A DNA stretch of 39,579 nt from an uncultured Victivallales bacterium (lineage in GTDB: Bacteria > Verrucomicrobiota > Lentisphaeria > Oligosphaerales > JAFGRS01): contig CAIZKT010000170.1 in NCBI GenBank assembly GCA_903933565.1, positions 1-39,579 of the forward strand. The letters are read 5' to 3'. The position numbers were made by a program, and so were the translations under genes. The notes below the pieces were generated by a model that was not told the DNA's origin, ran no database searches, and was given only the letters and a program-made list of their open reading frames with translations. Below are positions 8,341-19,900 of this stretch, piece by piece. How positions within the stretch are numbered: position 1 is the stretch's first letter; every line of letters starts with the position of its first letter.

Positions 8341-8590
8341 ACAACTGAATCTCCTCTCCACGGGAACGGCGCACCGAGACGATCCGTATCCGCTCCTCGC
8401 GATAGGTGATGACCCCCGACCAATGCTTGCCGGCGACTCGGCCTATGACCAGGGACCGCGGTTCGTCCGTGGTCCGAGCCGGAATCTCGATCAGGCCTGG
8501 ATCATCCCATAACGCTTGGGCAGCCACGAAGTCGATCCCGTGCTTGGCCTTATTGGACTCACTCTTGTTGGTATCGAACTCGAAGTCCAT
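8330..8590 (-). CDS. brnT: BrnT-family toxin (DUF497 ribonuclease toxin)
   Basis: MDFEFDTNKSESNKAKHGIDFVAAQALWDDP ... RIRIVSVRRSRGEEIQLYE fits the BrnT/DUF497 signature (FEWD..K...N..KHG..F.ea..vf.D ... iRIISaRka...E...Y). It sits directly upstream of brnA, in the canonical toxin-first order. Confidence 0.85.
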   Translation of the reverse strand: MDFEFDTNKSESNKAKHGIDFVAAQALWDDPGLIEIPARTTDEPRSLVIGRVAGKHWSGVITYREERIRIVSVRRSRGEEIQLYES

Positions 8591-8630
8591 GGTATATTAA
8601 ATATACCTTGCATATACCAAAAAGCAACCT
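8591..8630 (-). promoter_or_regulatory. AT-rich brnTA promoter/operator: inverted repeat GGTATAT-TAA-ATATACC plus a third ATATACC half-site
   Basis: On the plus strand, GGTATAT is at 8591-8597, ATATACC at 8601-8607 and ATATACC at 8612-8618. Read on the minus strand the region is TTGCTT-N16-TATATT, followed 9 nt later by the brnT ATG. This is the only strongly AT-rich patch in the area. Confidence 0.5.
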
Positions 8631-8838
8631 TCGATTGGGCGTCCGAATGGGCTCGAACGCCACCATCACGCGCCGAGGTTGCGAGGTCGCGTGCCTGTGC
8701 TTGTTCGGCCCCCCCTGAGTGCTCGCCTGGTCGCCGTGTATACCCACCCTCCGGCAATCTTGTCGATGGTCTTGGTCCGTCAATCCCGTCGCCAGGTTCT
8801 CGTTCAGGCGTCCCGGATCGCAGGACCAGAACAGCCCC

Positions 8839-10014
8839 TCACTTCTCCATGAACAGGCCGTAGTGCCCCGCCGGTATGATCATCTTCCCCTGGTGGAACG
8901 CGACGCGGTCACAGTTGCCCTGCGACAGGTCATAGCAGCGGTCCCTGACCACAACCGGGTTCTCCGGCGCGGACAGGTCCAGCGTCACCACTTTCCCGTC
9001 GCGGCGCGAGGCGAACGCAACGAGGATTCCGCAGACCGTCGGAATCCCGCAGACCGGCATGTCGGCGACAGCGCCTTTGACCTCGACGATCTTTGGTTCC
9101 CCAGGCGATTTCGGGTCGATGAGCGCGAGCCGCGCCCCACGCACCGGGAACACGAACAGACCGTTCGCCAGCAGATCGATCCCGTCCAACTGATTGCCCT
9201 GCGGCGGGTTTCCCGTGGACGTCGCGACCGGTGCGGCACCGTTCAGGTCGTACCAGGCGATCCCGCGCGAATGCCAGTTGACCGGGAAGACGCCGTCCAG
9301 GTCTCGCACCGGGAACATGTCGCCGTAGAGAATGCCGCCGGCGCCGCCGCCGTAGACCGGCTTCATCCGCGTGCGGTCCATCGCGTCAAGGATGGAGAAC
9401 CAGCCCGTGCCGCCACTGACCGCGATATACCTGGCGTCCATGAAGGGATGCACAATCTGAACGCTCTGGTTCCCGTCCAACTGCCCGCGTCCAATCTCGG
9501 TCAGGTCGCCGTCCGCCGCGATCCGGTACACGGCCAGGTCCAGGTTGTTCTCCGCCACAAAGAGCATGTTGCCATGGACGCTGACATCGTAGACGCACTC
9601 GCGTTCCCACGTCCGCACTTCCTTGAGCCCGTCCGCGCCGATAGCGAACAGCTTCAGCCCGGCATGCGAAGCCGCGACGTAGACGAAGTCACCCTTCACC
9701 GCGACGCGCCGCACCTGGCAGTGAAGATCGTAGCGCTGCAGGCGCGGGTCGACCGCTTCCGGGACTTCAGCGGGGATATCGAACCGCAGCTTCGGCCGGG
9801 GTTGCCTGCAGGCGGCCGGGGCGCGCACCACGTGGATTCCGGTCGTCAATCCCGCGATGTAGACCACGCCATCACCGGTCGCCAGGCTGGCGCAGCAGTC
9901 GCTGCTGAGCTTGCGCTCGTCCGGGACCTGCCGTTTGTAGACGGGGGGCGGCAGCTGCAGATGGCCGAGACCCTTCATGTTCGATGAGCCAACAGCTCTC
10001 AGCGCGTAGGCCAA
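8839..10014 (-). CDS. Beta-propeller repeat protein, LVIVD-repeat-like; last gene of the giant-protein transcription unit
   Basis: Recurrent strand motifs: DGVVYIAGLTTGIHVV, GDFVYVAASHAGLKLFAI, GNMLFVAENNLDLAVYRI, ARYIAVSGGTGWFSILD. No obvious signal peptide. It is on the same strand as the preceding gene and 108 nt downstream of it. The antisense 422-aa ORF is R/D/H/V-rich junk. Confidence 0.65.
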   Translation of the reverse strand: MAYALRAVGSSNMKGLGHLQLPPPVYKRQVPDERKLSSDCCASLATGDGVVYIAGLTTGIHVVRAPAACRQPRPKLRFDIPAEVPEAVDPRLQRYDLHCQVRRVAVKGDFVYVAASHAGLKLFAIGADGLKEVRTWERECVYDVSVHGNMLFVAENNLDLAVYRIAADGDLTEIGRGQLDGNQSVQIVHPFMDARYIAVSGGTGWFSILDAMDRTRMKPVYGGGAGGILYGDMFPVRDLDGVFPVNWHSRGIAWYDLNGAAPVATSTGNPPQGNQLDGIDLLANGLFVFPVRGARLALIDPKSPGEPKIVEVKGAVADMPVCGIPTVCGILVAFASRRDGKVVTLDLSAPENPVVVRDRCYDLSQGNCDRVAFHQGKMIIPAGHYGLFMEK

Positions 10015-10121
10015 GTCTAAGATCCCGCACCAACCACCGGCGAACGAGGCGGTCAGCTCACCGGGTCACCAAGCCCCCGTGCGCGTGACCGCATACGGCC
10101 GTTGCGCACGAGCCCCTCGTA

Positions 10122-10853
10122 TCAGAGTTGGCCGGCGGTTACTGTGATCGGCACCACGCGAACGTCCGGCGGGCCACTACGGCCGTTGTCCAACTGCGTT
10201 CCCAGAACCACTCGCAGCAGATGCGCCTGGAGGTCGGCGACGGCCTGCTTGACGCTCAGGGACGAGGCGATGGGGCCCGTGCCGGTACCCGGGTAGCGGC
10301 TCTCGCCGAGAAGCGTGGTCACAGGCGGGACGCCGGTAGCCGGGTCGTCCGGGACCTTGACCAGGTACCAGCGCACGACGTAGGTGATGCGGTCGGCAGC
10401 GACGGCGGTCTGGGCCAGACGCTCGAACTGGCAGTCCAGGGTCCAGGTGTCGTCGGCGAGCCTAGCGATGGCTCCGAGAATCCGCGGTGGAACGGCAAGT
10501 TCGCAGTTGACCAGGATATCGTGGCGCAGCACCGTACCCGCCTGCCAACCGACCGTGGACAGGGCGGCGAGGCTGTTCTCCCCAAGCGACGTGAAACGGA
10601 TGGGCTGCACCGGAGTTGGCGGAATCGCGACCGAGTAGTGTGCCTGACCGAAGTCCTCCTGGAGGCTGGTCTGCACCGGTTGGCCATCGACGCTGAGCGT
10701 CAGGACCGTGCCCTTGGGTACGGGGGTACCGTTGACTAGTGCCACGCCATGCAGAACCATCGGGCGTTGTGGCGGTTCGGCGGCACCGGCGATGTAGCCT
10801 GCACCCAACAGGCAGCCGAAAGCGAGGGTGAGAAGAGTGTCTGAGCGGAGCAC
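10122..10853 (-). CDS. Secreted hypothetical protein (243 aa from the preferred start), no recognisable family
   Basis: The preferred start is GTG 10853, preceded by GGAGG with a 7-nt spacer. It gives MLRSDTLLTLAFGCLLGAGYIAGAAEPP, a clean signal peptide. The track start at 10907 adds 18 non-signal residues. An N-terminal Ig/CarboxypepD_reg-like stretch is VLHGVALVNGTPVPKGTVLTLSVDGQPV. It lies 108 nt downstream of the giant ORF on the same strand. Confidence 0.7.
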   Translation of the reverse strand: MLRSDTLLTLAFGCLLGAGYIAGAAEPPQRPMVLHGVALVNGTPVPKGTVLTLSVDGQPVQTSLQEDFGQAHYSVAIPPTPVQPIRFTSLGENSLAALSTVGWQAGTVLRHDILVNCELAVPPRILGAIARLADDTWTLDCQFERLAQTAVAADRITYVVRWYLVKVPDDPATGVPPVTTLLGESRYPGTGTGPIASSLSVKQAVADLQAHLLRVVLGTQLDNGRSGPPDVRVVPITVTAGQL

Positions 10854-10961
10854 GTCACGACCTCCTTGGACGGTTCGAGAAGGGCTTCCGTCCTGCCCTC
10901 CCGTCACGATTCACCCGTCACGATTCACGCCCCGAATCCGAGCCCTTGTCTCTCGCCGCGC

Positions 10962-13900
10962 TCACCGCCAGTCGACCGAGGTCTGGCGCGAGGCCAGGTT
11001 GTACTTGAGCGTGCCGACGGCGAGCGGGACCGAGATTTCCTGCGTCTTGAGTTCCCACGGGCCGAAGTGCGCGTCGTAGTGGGCGTTGATGGTGCCGAGG
11101 GTGATCCAGCCCCAGTCGGTCGGCCAGCAGATCGCGTCCCAGCAGCAGCAGTCCCAGTCGGTCGGTCCCCAAATTCTGATCGGCAGGTCCAGATCCACCC
11201 AGGCATTGCCTTCGAGGCCCAGACCGAGCGCGTCGAGGAACTGCACCCAGACGGTGTAGTCGATCCCGGCGATGCCGATGCCCAGTGACTCGCTGTAGCT
11301 GACCTTGCCGCCTCTGGAGATGGCGAAGCTGGCGCTGCGCAGAGCGCGGTCGAAGAGATAGAAACCGCCGTTGATGAACAGACCCTCGTTGCCCACGGTC
11401 AGGGCACCCCTGATGCCGCTTCCCCTGACCATCAGGCTGGCGGCGCCGGTGAAGGAGAACTGGCCGTCGGGCCGCAAGTACCCCTCGACCAGCACCTGGC
11501 TGACGCCAAACAGGTCCATCTTGCCGCGGATGTAGAGGCCCTGCTCGCTGCCCAGCACGATCTCGGCCTCGCTGAGGGTGTAGCCGGCGAGCATCACCTC
11601 ACCGTTGCCGCGCAACTCGAACTTGCCGTCGGTCTCGATCGAGCCGGAAACCCGAAGCGCGATATTGACGTAATCCTGGTAGCCGGCCTGGACGTCGGCG
11701 TTGATGGAGAAGCCGCCCGGCTCGGTGCCGACCGGACGGCGGATACCCGCGGTCAGGCCGTCGTTGCGGGCGTAGGTCGGCCACCACGCCTCGGGGTTGG
11801 AGCCGGCGACCAGCGCGCGGCTGAAGCCGCCGGCGGCTGGCGGCAGGAGGAAACGGAGCTGCGCGCCGTTGGCGGCCGGCAGTTCGAACTTCGACTGCGG
11901 CTCGCCGGGACCGGCCGGCTCGATCTTTATGCTCTGGTACTCGGTGCGCAGGGCGTCGCCAACCTGCGTGACCAGGGGGCCTTCCGGCATCTGGGTCTGG
12001 CGGCGCATCACCCGGACATGCTGCGCCGCGTCGGCGGCTTGGGCCAGAGCGAACGTCTCGCCGCCGGCGTAGAGCGTGTAACCGGTAGCCGGGAAGGCGT
12101 AGCTGTCGGCCGTGGTTATCCTGAGTTGCACCGCGCCCTGCGCGTCATAACGGCAGTCGATGCGGTGCCGCGTGTCGCTCATCTCGACGCCGATGCGCGG
12201 CGCGTCCTCCTGGCGGGTCAGGTGCAGAACGCCGCCACCCGGCAGCGTGCGCGACACGTCGTAGCGCTGGCTGTCCCTGATGGCGTAAGGGGAGAAGACC
12301 TTGATGGACGACAACTGGTCGTTGCCGACCGGGTTGTTGACCAGCGAGTCGTCGGACTGGGTGAGCGTCTCGAGCGGGTCTGCCGGCGTGGCGCGGTACA
12401 CGATGACGGCCGGATTGTGGACCAGCACCCACTCATTGCTCCACGTCTCGTGCATCTCGATGGTCACGGGCATGGCCGCCTGGTCCACGTCGGCTACCAG
12501 CTCGAACGTCACCGGTGTGCCAACCGGCAACTGCGCCTTCGTCATACTAACAGACTGTTTCGTGCCCGCGGCCGACACGAAGTCTAGCCGTACCATCTGC
12601 GTGCTGTCCTTGGGGTACGAGGTGGTCGTCCTCGACGGGCCGAGAATCTGCGGAACCTGGACCGTAATGCCGCCGGCTTCCTGAAGCGTACAGGTGACAA
12701 CGAACCGGTAGCGGCCAGGCACATCACTCAAGGCGCAACGGAACATTCGCGACTCGTTGGCGCTGCCGAAACGCCAGCCGCCGGTCACGGCCCCGGCATT
12801 CGTGGTCCGCTTCTCCACCTCGCTCAGCGTGAAACGCCTGATCTCGCGCCAACCGCGGTACTGGTCGATGCCGTACAATGCGGCCGTGCCGCCGCCCTCG
12901 CAGCGGATGGAACTGGCAGCCTTGTCGCCGACCTCGGTACCGACCAGGCTGGGAAGATCGGCGGTGACCACCGTCGAGTGGCCCTCGTAGTTGCTGTTCT
13001 CGAACAGGGTGACGGTGCCATAGCGGGCACTGAGCGTAGCCTGAGTGCGGTCAAGTTTCAGGGCACTGATGGTGCGGCCCTGGTGGTCGGTGAGCGGACG
13101 CACCGCGACCGTCCAGTCCGGATGACTGGCCGAGGTGCGGCTGCTGTCCGGGTACTTCGGGAAGGCCAGCGTGGCGTCGCCGTCGACGCGCCCGTCGGCT
13201 TTGAGCGGCAGCATGACCCGGTTCCAGGTACCCTCGAGCCAAGTGCCCGGCTGTTGGAAGAAGTCCGGGTACGGCCGCAGATCGCCGAGGGCGGTGCGCA
13301 CCTGGCTGCAGGCGTCGGCCAGGCGGGCGCCGACGGACAACCAGAGCAGCCGCTCGCCGGCCGGGAAGCGCGTCTCCCACGCGCCGGCATCGAGCACCGC
13401 CACCACGCCGCTGCTCGAAGTGGCCACCACGCGCCAGTCCTTGATCTCGTATGGCTTGATCGGCAGGAAGACCAGGACCGAGGAAGCCTGATCGTTGAAA
13501 CTCTGCGTGCCCAGGTCGGCGATGTCCCGCGTTACGGTCAATGACGTGCCGCTCGCCTTGGCGTCGGCGTACAGGGTGATCTGACCGCTCCCCTCGATCT
13601 TGACCGAGGAGATGCTGTTGTCGGGCATGGGCTCGGCGTTGAAGTCGCGGTCGTCGGTCAGTTCCAGAGCGCTGCCGCCGAAGTTGGGGTCGCGGTAGAC
13701 GATGGTCCGGCCGCAGCGTACGCGCAGGCCGCCGTCGAGCCAGTGCACGGCGTTGATGTCGCCGCGGCTGCCTCGGTTCAGCTCGACCGCGACACGCCAG
13801 TCCGGCGACCAGGCGAAGAGCAAGCGGCGGTCACGCACCTCGGGGTTGGCGTCCCGGAGCTTCAGTCGCGTCAGCACCACGTCGAGATGCTGGTCCCAGG

Positions 13901-16900
13901 TCTTGTTGGCCGGCAGGGCCAGGTCGGTGATGAGCTGTTCGAGTTGCACCAATTCCGGCCGGATGTCCACGCCTTCCCACCGCACCGTGGCGCTGCCGCC
14001 GCCCAGGGCGGTCCCGATCGGGACCTGGCGCGTGACCACCGAGCCGGCGGCGAGCACCCGGAGCGTGTCGAGCGTGACCGCCGTAGCACCGGTCGTGCGC
14101 ACCCGGAACTCGATATCGGTGACGTCCGCCGGGACGGTGAAATCAACGATGCGGTTCTCGGTCTTGCCGGCGACGGCGAAGTCTGTACCCTTGAGGGTTT
14201 GACTCGCGAAGTTCTGGCTCCCGAGGCCGGCGGCGATGTCGAGGGTCACCACGTCGGAGGTGACACTGTGGCTGGCCACGCGCAGGCCAAACACCGCCTG
14301 GTAGTTGCCTTTGGCCACCGGCCGGTACGGGCCGTAGACCATGTGGCCGGTCTCGCCCTGGTTCGCGATCCACGGGCACGGCCCGAAGGCGCGCCGCAGC
14401 CAGTAACGGCGGCCACCGGCGTCGGCGGCGCGGCCGAAGAAGGCCTGGTAGGAGTCGTTGGCGAACGCTTCCCTCACTCGGTCCTGGAGCTGGTACTTGG
14501 TCACGGCGTCAGCCAGGCAGGTCGCATCCGTGGGGAGCGCCTGTCTCAGGCCGTCGGCGGTGACCGCACCGCTCCCGGCGAGGCGCGCGTACAGCGCGTC
14601 GACCGCCGCCGCCCCGAACACCTTCTTGGCTTCGGTCCGCAAGGCGTCCACGGTCAGGTTGCGGTTGGTGAACTCGGCACTGGCCAGCCACTTGCCCGTC
14701 AGGAAGCTGACCTGGTCGCGCACCGGCGTGAGCTTCTCGGCGTGGCCGCAGCGGTGCATCATCTCCCAGTCGTGCCCGGACCAGCAATCGAGTTCCGGCC
14801 GCAGCACCAGCTCGGTCGGGTCGCCTCCCGTGTTGGCGTTGACGTAGCGCACCCGCTGCACAAAGCGTTCGAGGTCGGGCAGCTTCGCCACGGCGTGTTC
14901 CTCGAACAGCGTGCGGTCGCCGCGGATCGAGTAGCCGGCGTTGGCGCGGAAGCCGCGCAGATCCAGCGTGCCCTGTTTCTCGCGTGCCGACGGCGGGATG
15001 ACGACATCCACCACGTCGTAGATGCTGTCGGCACTGGCCAGCTTCACCACCGTTCCCGGATCAAGCTGGATGCGGTCGATAAAGGTCCAGCGATCCAGGC
15101 CGAAAACGCTCCTGAACACATGGTCGGTGTGCTGCCACTGGCCTTCTTTGTACATATAGCCGGGGACTTTCGGGAAATCGAGGTAGACATCGTGGATACC
15201 GAAGGCTGGGGCGTGCAACTGGCCGAGTTTCTCCCAGTTCACCTCGCCGCCGTTGAAGGCGTCGACCAGGAACGTGATCAGGGTCAACAGGTCCTGGCCG
15301 GTCGGCGCCGGAAAGCTGAAGCCGATGTTGGTGGCGAAGCCGCACATGTAGGTCTTGCCGTCGAGACTGTCGAAGAAGGCGAACCCGACCGGCGGCAGCG
15401 TAACCGGCAGAACGTAGTAGAGCCGCTCGGTATGGTACTCGAAGCCGGAGATCGGGATCAGCCCGCCGCCGATGGTGGCGTCGTCGATCTGCACCAGGTG
15501 CGCCCCAGCGATGCAGCGGTATGACACCTTGTTATGCACGCCGAACTTGAAGAAGCCGGCCAGATCCACGTCGACGCCAGCGGCGCCGAAATCGAGGGTG
15601 AAGAATACGCTGGGGCCCTGCATGCCGATCTCGAACCCCAGCGTGCGCCCGGCCACACCGACCCGGCCCCGGCCGGCGAAGGCCCCCAGCGAGTTGACCT
15701 TCAGCGAATCGAAGGTGAAGACCGCCTGGCCGAGCGGGCCCATGTCCACGCTCCTGGCGGCGTCGACGGTGAGGATGACCTCGAAACCGTTGACCCCGGC
15801 CTGGAGTCTGCCCTTGAGTGCCTCGCCGAACACGGCGCGCAGCGGGTTGTCGCGAGGCAGAGCGAGGTTCACATCGCCGCTCAGCCCGAGTTCCTTCCCG
15901 ACCGCCATGCCGAAGTTGCTGACGGCCAGCCCGACGTCGCCGGGCAACTTCAGGTCCATGAGCGCGTCGGCCGGGAGCAGGAACTTGAAGCCGTTCTCGA
16001 TCACGGTCATGGTCCCGTCGAAGCTCTTGCCGCCGAAGCCGACGCCGCCCTTGAACCCGAAGTTCCACGGGCTCTGCTTGGTGAGGATGAGTTCGTTGAG
16101 CATCAGATCGAACCCGGCCAGTTCGAGTTTTTTGTCGAGCCGCACGCCGCAGAGCCACCCCGGTCGAACACCGGTGCGGTAGTACTTGCCGACCAGGGTC
16201 AGGCGCTGCGGGATTTCGCACAGGCTCTCGTGCGCCTGCTGGACCACGCGGGTCGGCAGGATCAGCTCGATGGTGGCATCGAGTTCCCAGGTATTGGTGC
16301 GGCCGCCGCCGCGTTCGACGACTCCGTGCAGGTTCTTCAGGACGATGCCGCCGTCCTCCTCGTTGGCGCCCTGGCGGTCTTTGTTGAAGGCAAAGTTCAG
16401 GAGGTTGCTGCCACGCAGCTCAACGTTCCAGATGCGATTGCCAGAGGCATCGTACTGCTGAGTGTAGGTCGCCCCGAGGGTGATGCGCGGCCATTGCTCG
16501 CGCGGCGTGTTGTCCGGGTCGGGCACGAAGTCCTTGGCTATCAGGTCCACGTCGCAGTTGACCATGCAGCTCTTCTTGCCCGGCGCGGTCTGGATGACGA
16601 CGTTCGAGAGTTTCTCGAACTCAAGGGTCGGGATGTCCTTGAACTCCTCCGCGAACTTGGCTGGGTTCTGGAAGACGATGGCGCCGGCGGTCAGGGTCAC
16701 GGTGGCGCTCTTCAGGTCGCCCTCGGGGAAGCTGATCATACCGCTCAGTTCGATGCCGTCGGGAAGGCCGAACTTGTCGCGGATTTCCTGGTTGTCGAAG
16801 CGGCCGGAGATCAGCAGTTGCAGGTGCTTCAGGAATTCCTTGCCCTTCGGCTGGTTGGCGCCGGCGCTCTTGAGGTACACCGGGAACGTGACGATCAGCG

Positions 16901-19900
16901 AGTCGACGCGGCCGAACTCGAAGTCGCCGGCGATCGCGGCGAGGTCCGAGCAGGCCAGCGTCGCGATCCAGTTGCCGTCGGCGTCGCGCGCCAGCATGCC
17001 CTCGAAGGCCATCGGATGGCCCTTCCAGATCAGCCGACCCCTGACCGCCAGGTCAATCGTCAACGGCGTGACTTGCCACACCATGTATGACTCGTCGAAG
17101 GTGCACTGCACGTCGTCGGTACCCACGGAGAAACTGAGCTGGAGCAGCATGGACATCCGGTCGACGCCGCTGAGTATGGCCCAGAAGGGCTTGTCCTCCT
17201 TGTACTCGACCTCGAGGGTCGAGGTAAAGCCGCCGAACAGGGGCTGGAACTCGGGCGGGGCCTCGAGGCGGCTGGAGAGCAGGGCGCGCTCGACATAGAA
17301 GCAGTTCGGGATGTGCGTGCCCTCGTGGAACTTGTAGCGGTTCAGCGCGTGCTTGAAGGTCGCCACCCAGGTGTTGATGAACCAGTTGCGGTTGGTAATC
17401 TCGAACTCGTACGTCTGGGCCGCGAAGCGGAACTCGTAGGGGGTGAAACTCCAGCCCTCGACGCTGACCGGGTTCGGCTCCGTGTCCGAGACGTGGACGC
17501 TGAACACCGGTTCCGACTCGTAGGTGATCTCTTTGTCAGCGTCCGCGAACGGCTTGGATTTTACCCCGGCCCAGTCTTCGAAGGCCACGGTCTTGCCGAC
17601 CCAGGGCGAGTCCTTATCGGTGATGTTGCCGCGCGCCGTCCAGCCGACGTAGAACGTATGCAGGTTGCGGTCCTGCCCGTCACGGCTGAGGAAGCGCTGG
17701 TAGACGCTCTCCAGCCACAGCTCGGTGTCGAAGCTCTCGCTCTGGAGGTTCAGTTCGGACCGCAGCCAGTGCGACACCCCCATGTGGTTCTCGTCGATGA
17801 TCTCCACCCTGTACCGGTAACCGATCGGAATGACCAACTCAACCTTGTTGATCGGTTCGATCACGTCCAGGCTCAGGTCTGCGCCCAGCGTGAACGACGA
17901 CCCCGCCATGCGTTTCATGGCGTCCGGCGTGGGGAACCAGATCGTGTCGTGGAACATGCCGCTCAGCATCGCCCAGAAATAGCCGCTGATCAGGTCGAAC
18001 AGGCCAACCGCCACGCCTTCTTCTCTCAGATTCTGCGCCTGGCCGCGCAGGTGCATGATCATGTCAACGCCGAGCGTGCCGTCGAGCCGGGCGTCCTTGA
18101 TTTGGGTGCCGTCGTCGTAGGTGCCGCTGGACGCCAGAATCGCGGTGAAGCCCATATTCGGCAGCCAGTGCCCGCGCCGGTACTCGACCCAGAAACCGAT
18201 GTGCTCCCAGCGGTTGTCGGTGAACTCGATGCGGCCATGCCGCCAGGATAGGCGCGTCTGGCGGGCGCGCCCGTCCTCGAACCAGAGGGTGCCGTACTCG
18301 TCGACGTAGAGCTTGTTGTCCTGGACGGGCAGACTCAGGTCGTCGCTCCGGCCGCCCGGAGCCAGGCGCCGGAGAATCTGCAGGCGTTCGATGCCGGTGC
18401 AGACCATGACGGCGCGCTCGGCGCCCTGGTCGCCGCTGGCTTCGCCACGGCTGAAGACCAGCCATTTCTCCGGGTCATACCCGAAGCTGGCCGGGGTGTC
18501 GCCTTTCCCTGCCGGCAGCGGCTCGAACACCTCCTCGGCGCTCTCCGGCATGTTCAGGAGCCACTCGCCGGCGGCGCAATCCTGGAGCGCCGTACGGCGT
18601 TGTTCCTTGGCGCTCAGGCTCTCGGCGACATCGGCGGCGGCGGCGAGCGGCGGCAGCTTCCAGACCTGGGACATGATCACGTCGCTCTCGCCGCCGCCGC
18701 TCTCTTCGTCCTGCTTGCCGAACACCGTGGCGAAGCGGGCCCAGTAGAAGTCGGTCTCGTCCTTGATGCGGCCGGAGCGCTCCTCCTGTTCCATGCCCGA
18801 CGGCGTGAAGGCCTCGACGAACCCGGGTGCGGCGTCGGTGCCCTGCAAGCCCGTAGCGTACTCCATCTCGATGTGCAGGAATCCGTCGGGATAGAGGTCG
18901 GTGACGGCAATGGTCAGATACAGGAGGTCTGCCGCCGGAATCCCGCGCGCGAAACCGTTGAGCACGCCGTTCTCGGAGCGGCTGGGCGCCAGGTACACCG
19001 CGCGGGTCAGGCCATCGCCTTCGAGGAGCGGGCCGCCGGCAAAGGCGCTGCGGGGTTGGTTGTCGACGAACTCGATGTCAACCAGGAACGGCAAGTCATC
19101 GTTGACCGCCACCAGGGCGGCAACGCTGCGCGGCAGGTCCTTGACAATGCCGAGCCCGTTCAGGCGGTGGCCGGCGCCGTCGACGCGGTAGCGCACCTTC
19201 TCGATGACGAACGCGCCAAGGGTGACCGCTTCTTCCGCCACCTTGGGGTACGCGTCCGCCTTGCCCGCGAGTGTCGCTTCGAGCCGCGCCAGTTCGGCAT
19301 CGCGCTCCGCCGGCGTACTGCCGGTGGGCGCGGCGGCGCCCAGCAGAATCCGGGGCAGCGTCGCCGCTTGGGCGGCGGTCGGCTCGGGCGGCGGCGGCCG
19401 CTGGACCCAGTAGGCCCGGCCGGCACGCAGCGGGTCGTCGGCCGCCAGGCGCTCGGCCGCACCCGACGGCGCGGCACCCGCGGCGGTGTAGACCTGGTCG
19501 TGCTCCAGATCCAGGCCGACCTCGGGGTGCTCCTGGACCAGACGCCGCAGGCTGGTCTCGCCCGGCTCCCAGGCCTGCGTCTGGGCATTGCGCCGCACCA
19601 GTCCCACGCCCAGGCACTGCCAGCCGGGCACCAGCGCCGAGGTGATGGGCTCGCCGGGGCCCGGGGCGAGGCCGACCAGGCGCCAATCCAGATCGCCGTC
19701 GACCGTGAGCGACAGCCCGGCAAAATCCGGCGGCGCCACGGCCGGCCAACTCACGGCCCGCGGGCTGACGCTCTGCCACTGCTGCGTGGCGGCGTCGAAC
19801 CAGGCGACCGCTTCAAGGTGCGGCAGGATATCGGCGAAGAGCAGATCGGGTCGGCGTTGCCGTGCGTCGATGGCCAACGGCACCGAGACCAGGTTCACAC

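Noticed and set aside
8719-9987. 422-aa plus-strand ORF opposite the LVIVD-like propeller
   Set aside because: The sequence is R/D/H/V-rich and has no repeat structure. The minus-strand product shows periodic propeller-blade motifs and fits the operon direction.
10128-10739. 203-aa plus-strand ORF opposite the 243-aa secreted protein
   Set aside because: It has shadow-ORF composition. The minus-strand ORF has a GGAGG RBS and a clean signal peptide.
17313-17327. HExxH (HEGTH) zinc-metalloprotease-like motif in the giant protein (KFHEGTHIPNCFYVE)
   Set aside because: It is a single five-residue match that could easily arise by chance in 3,035 residues. It is followed immediately by Pro, which is unlikely in the catalytic helix, and there is no recognisable third ligand context. 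It is worth a look only if structure prediction places it in a cleft.
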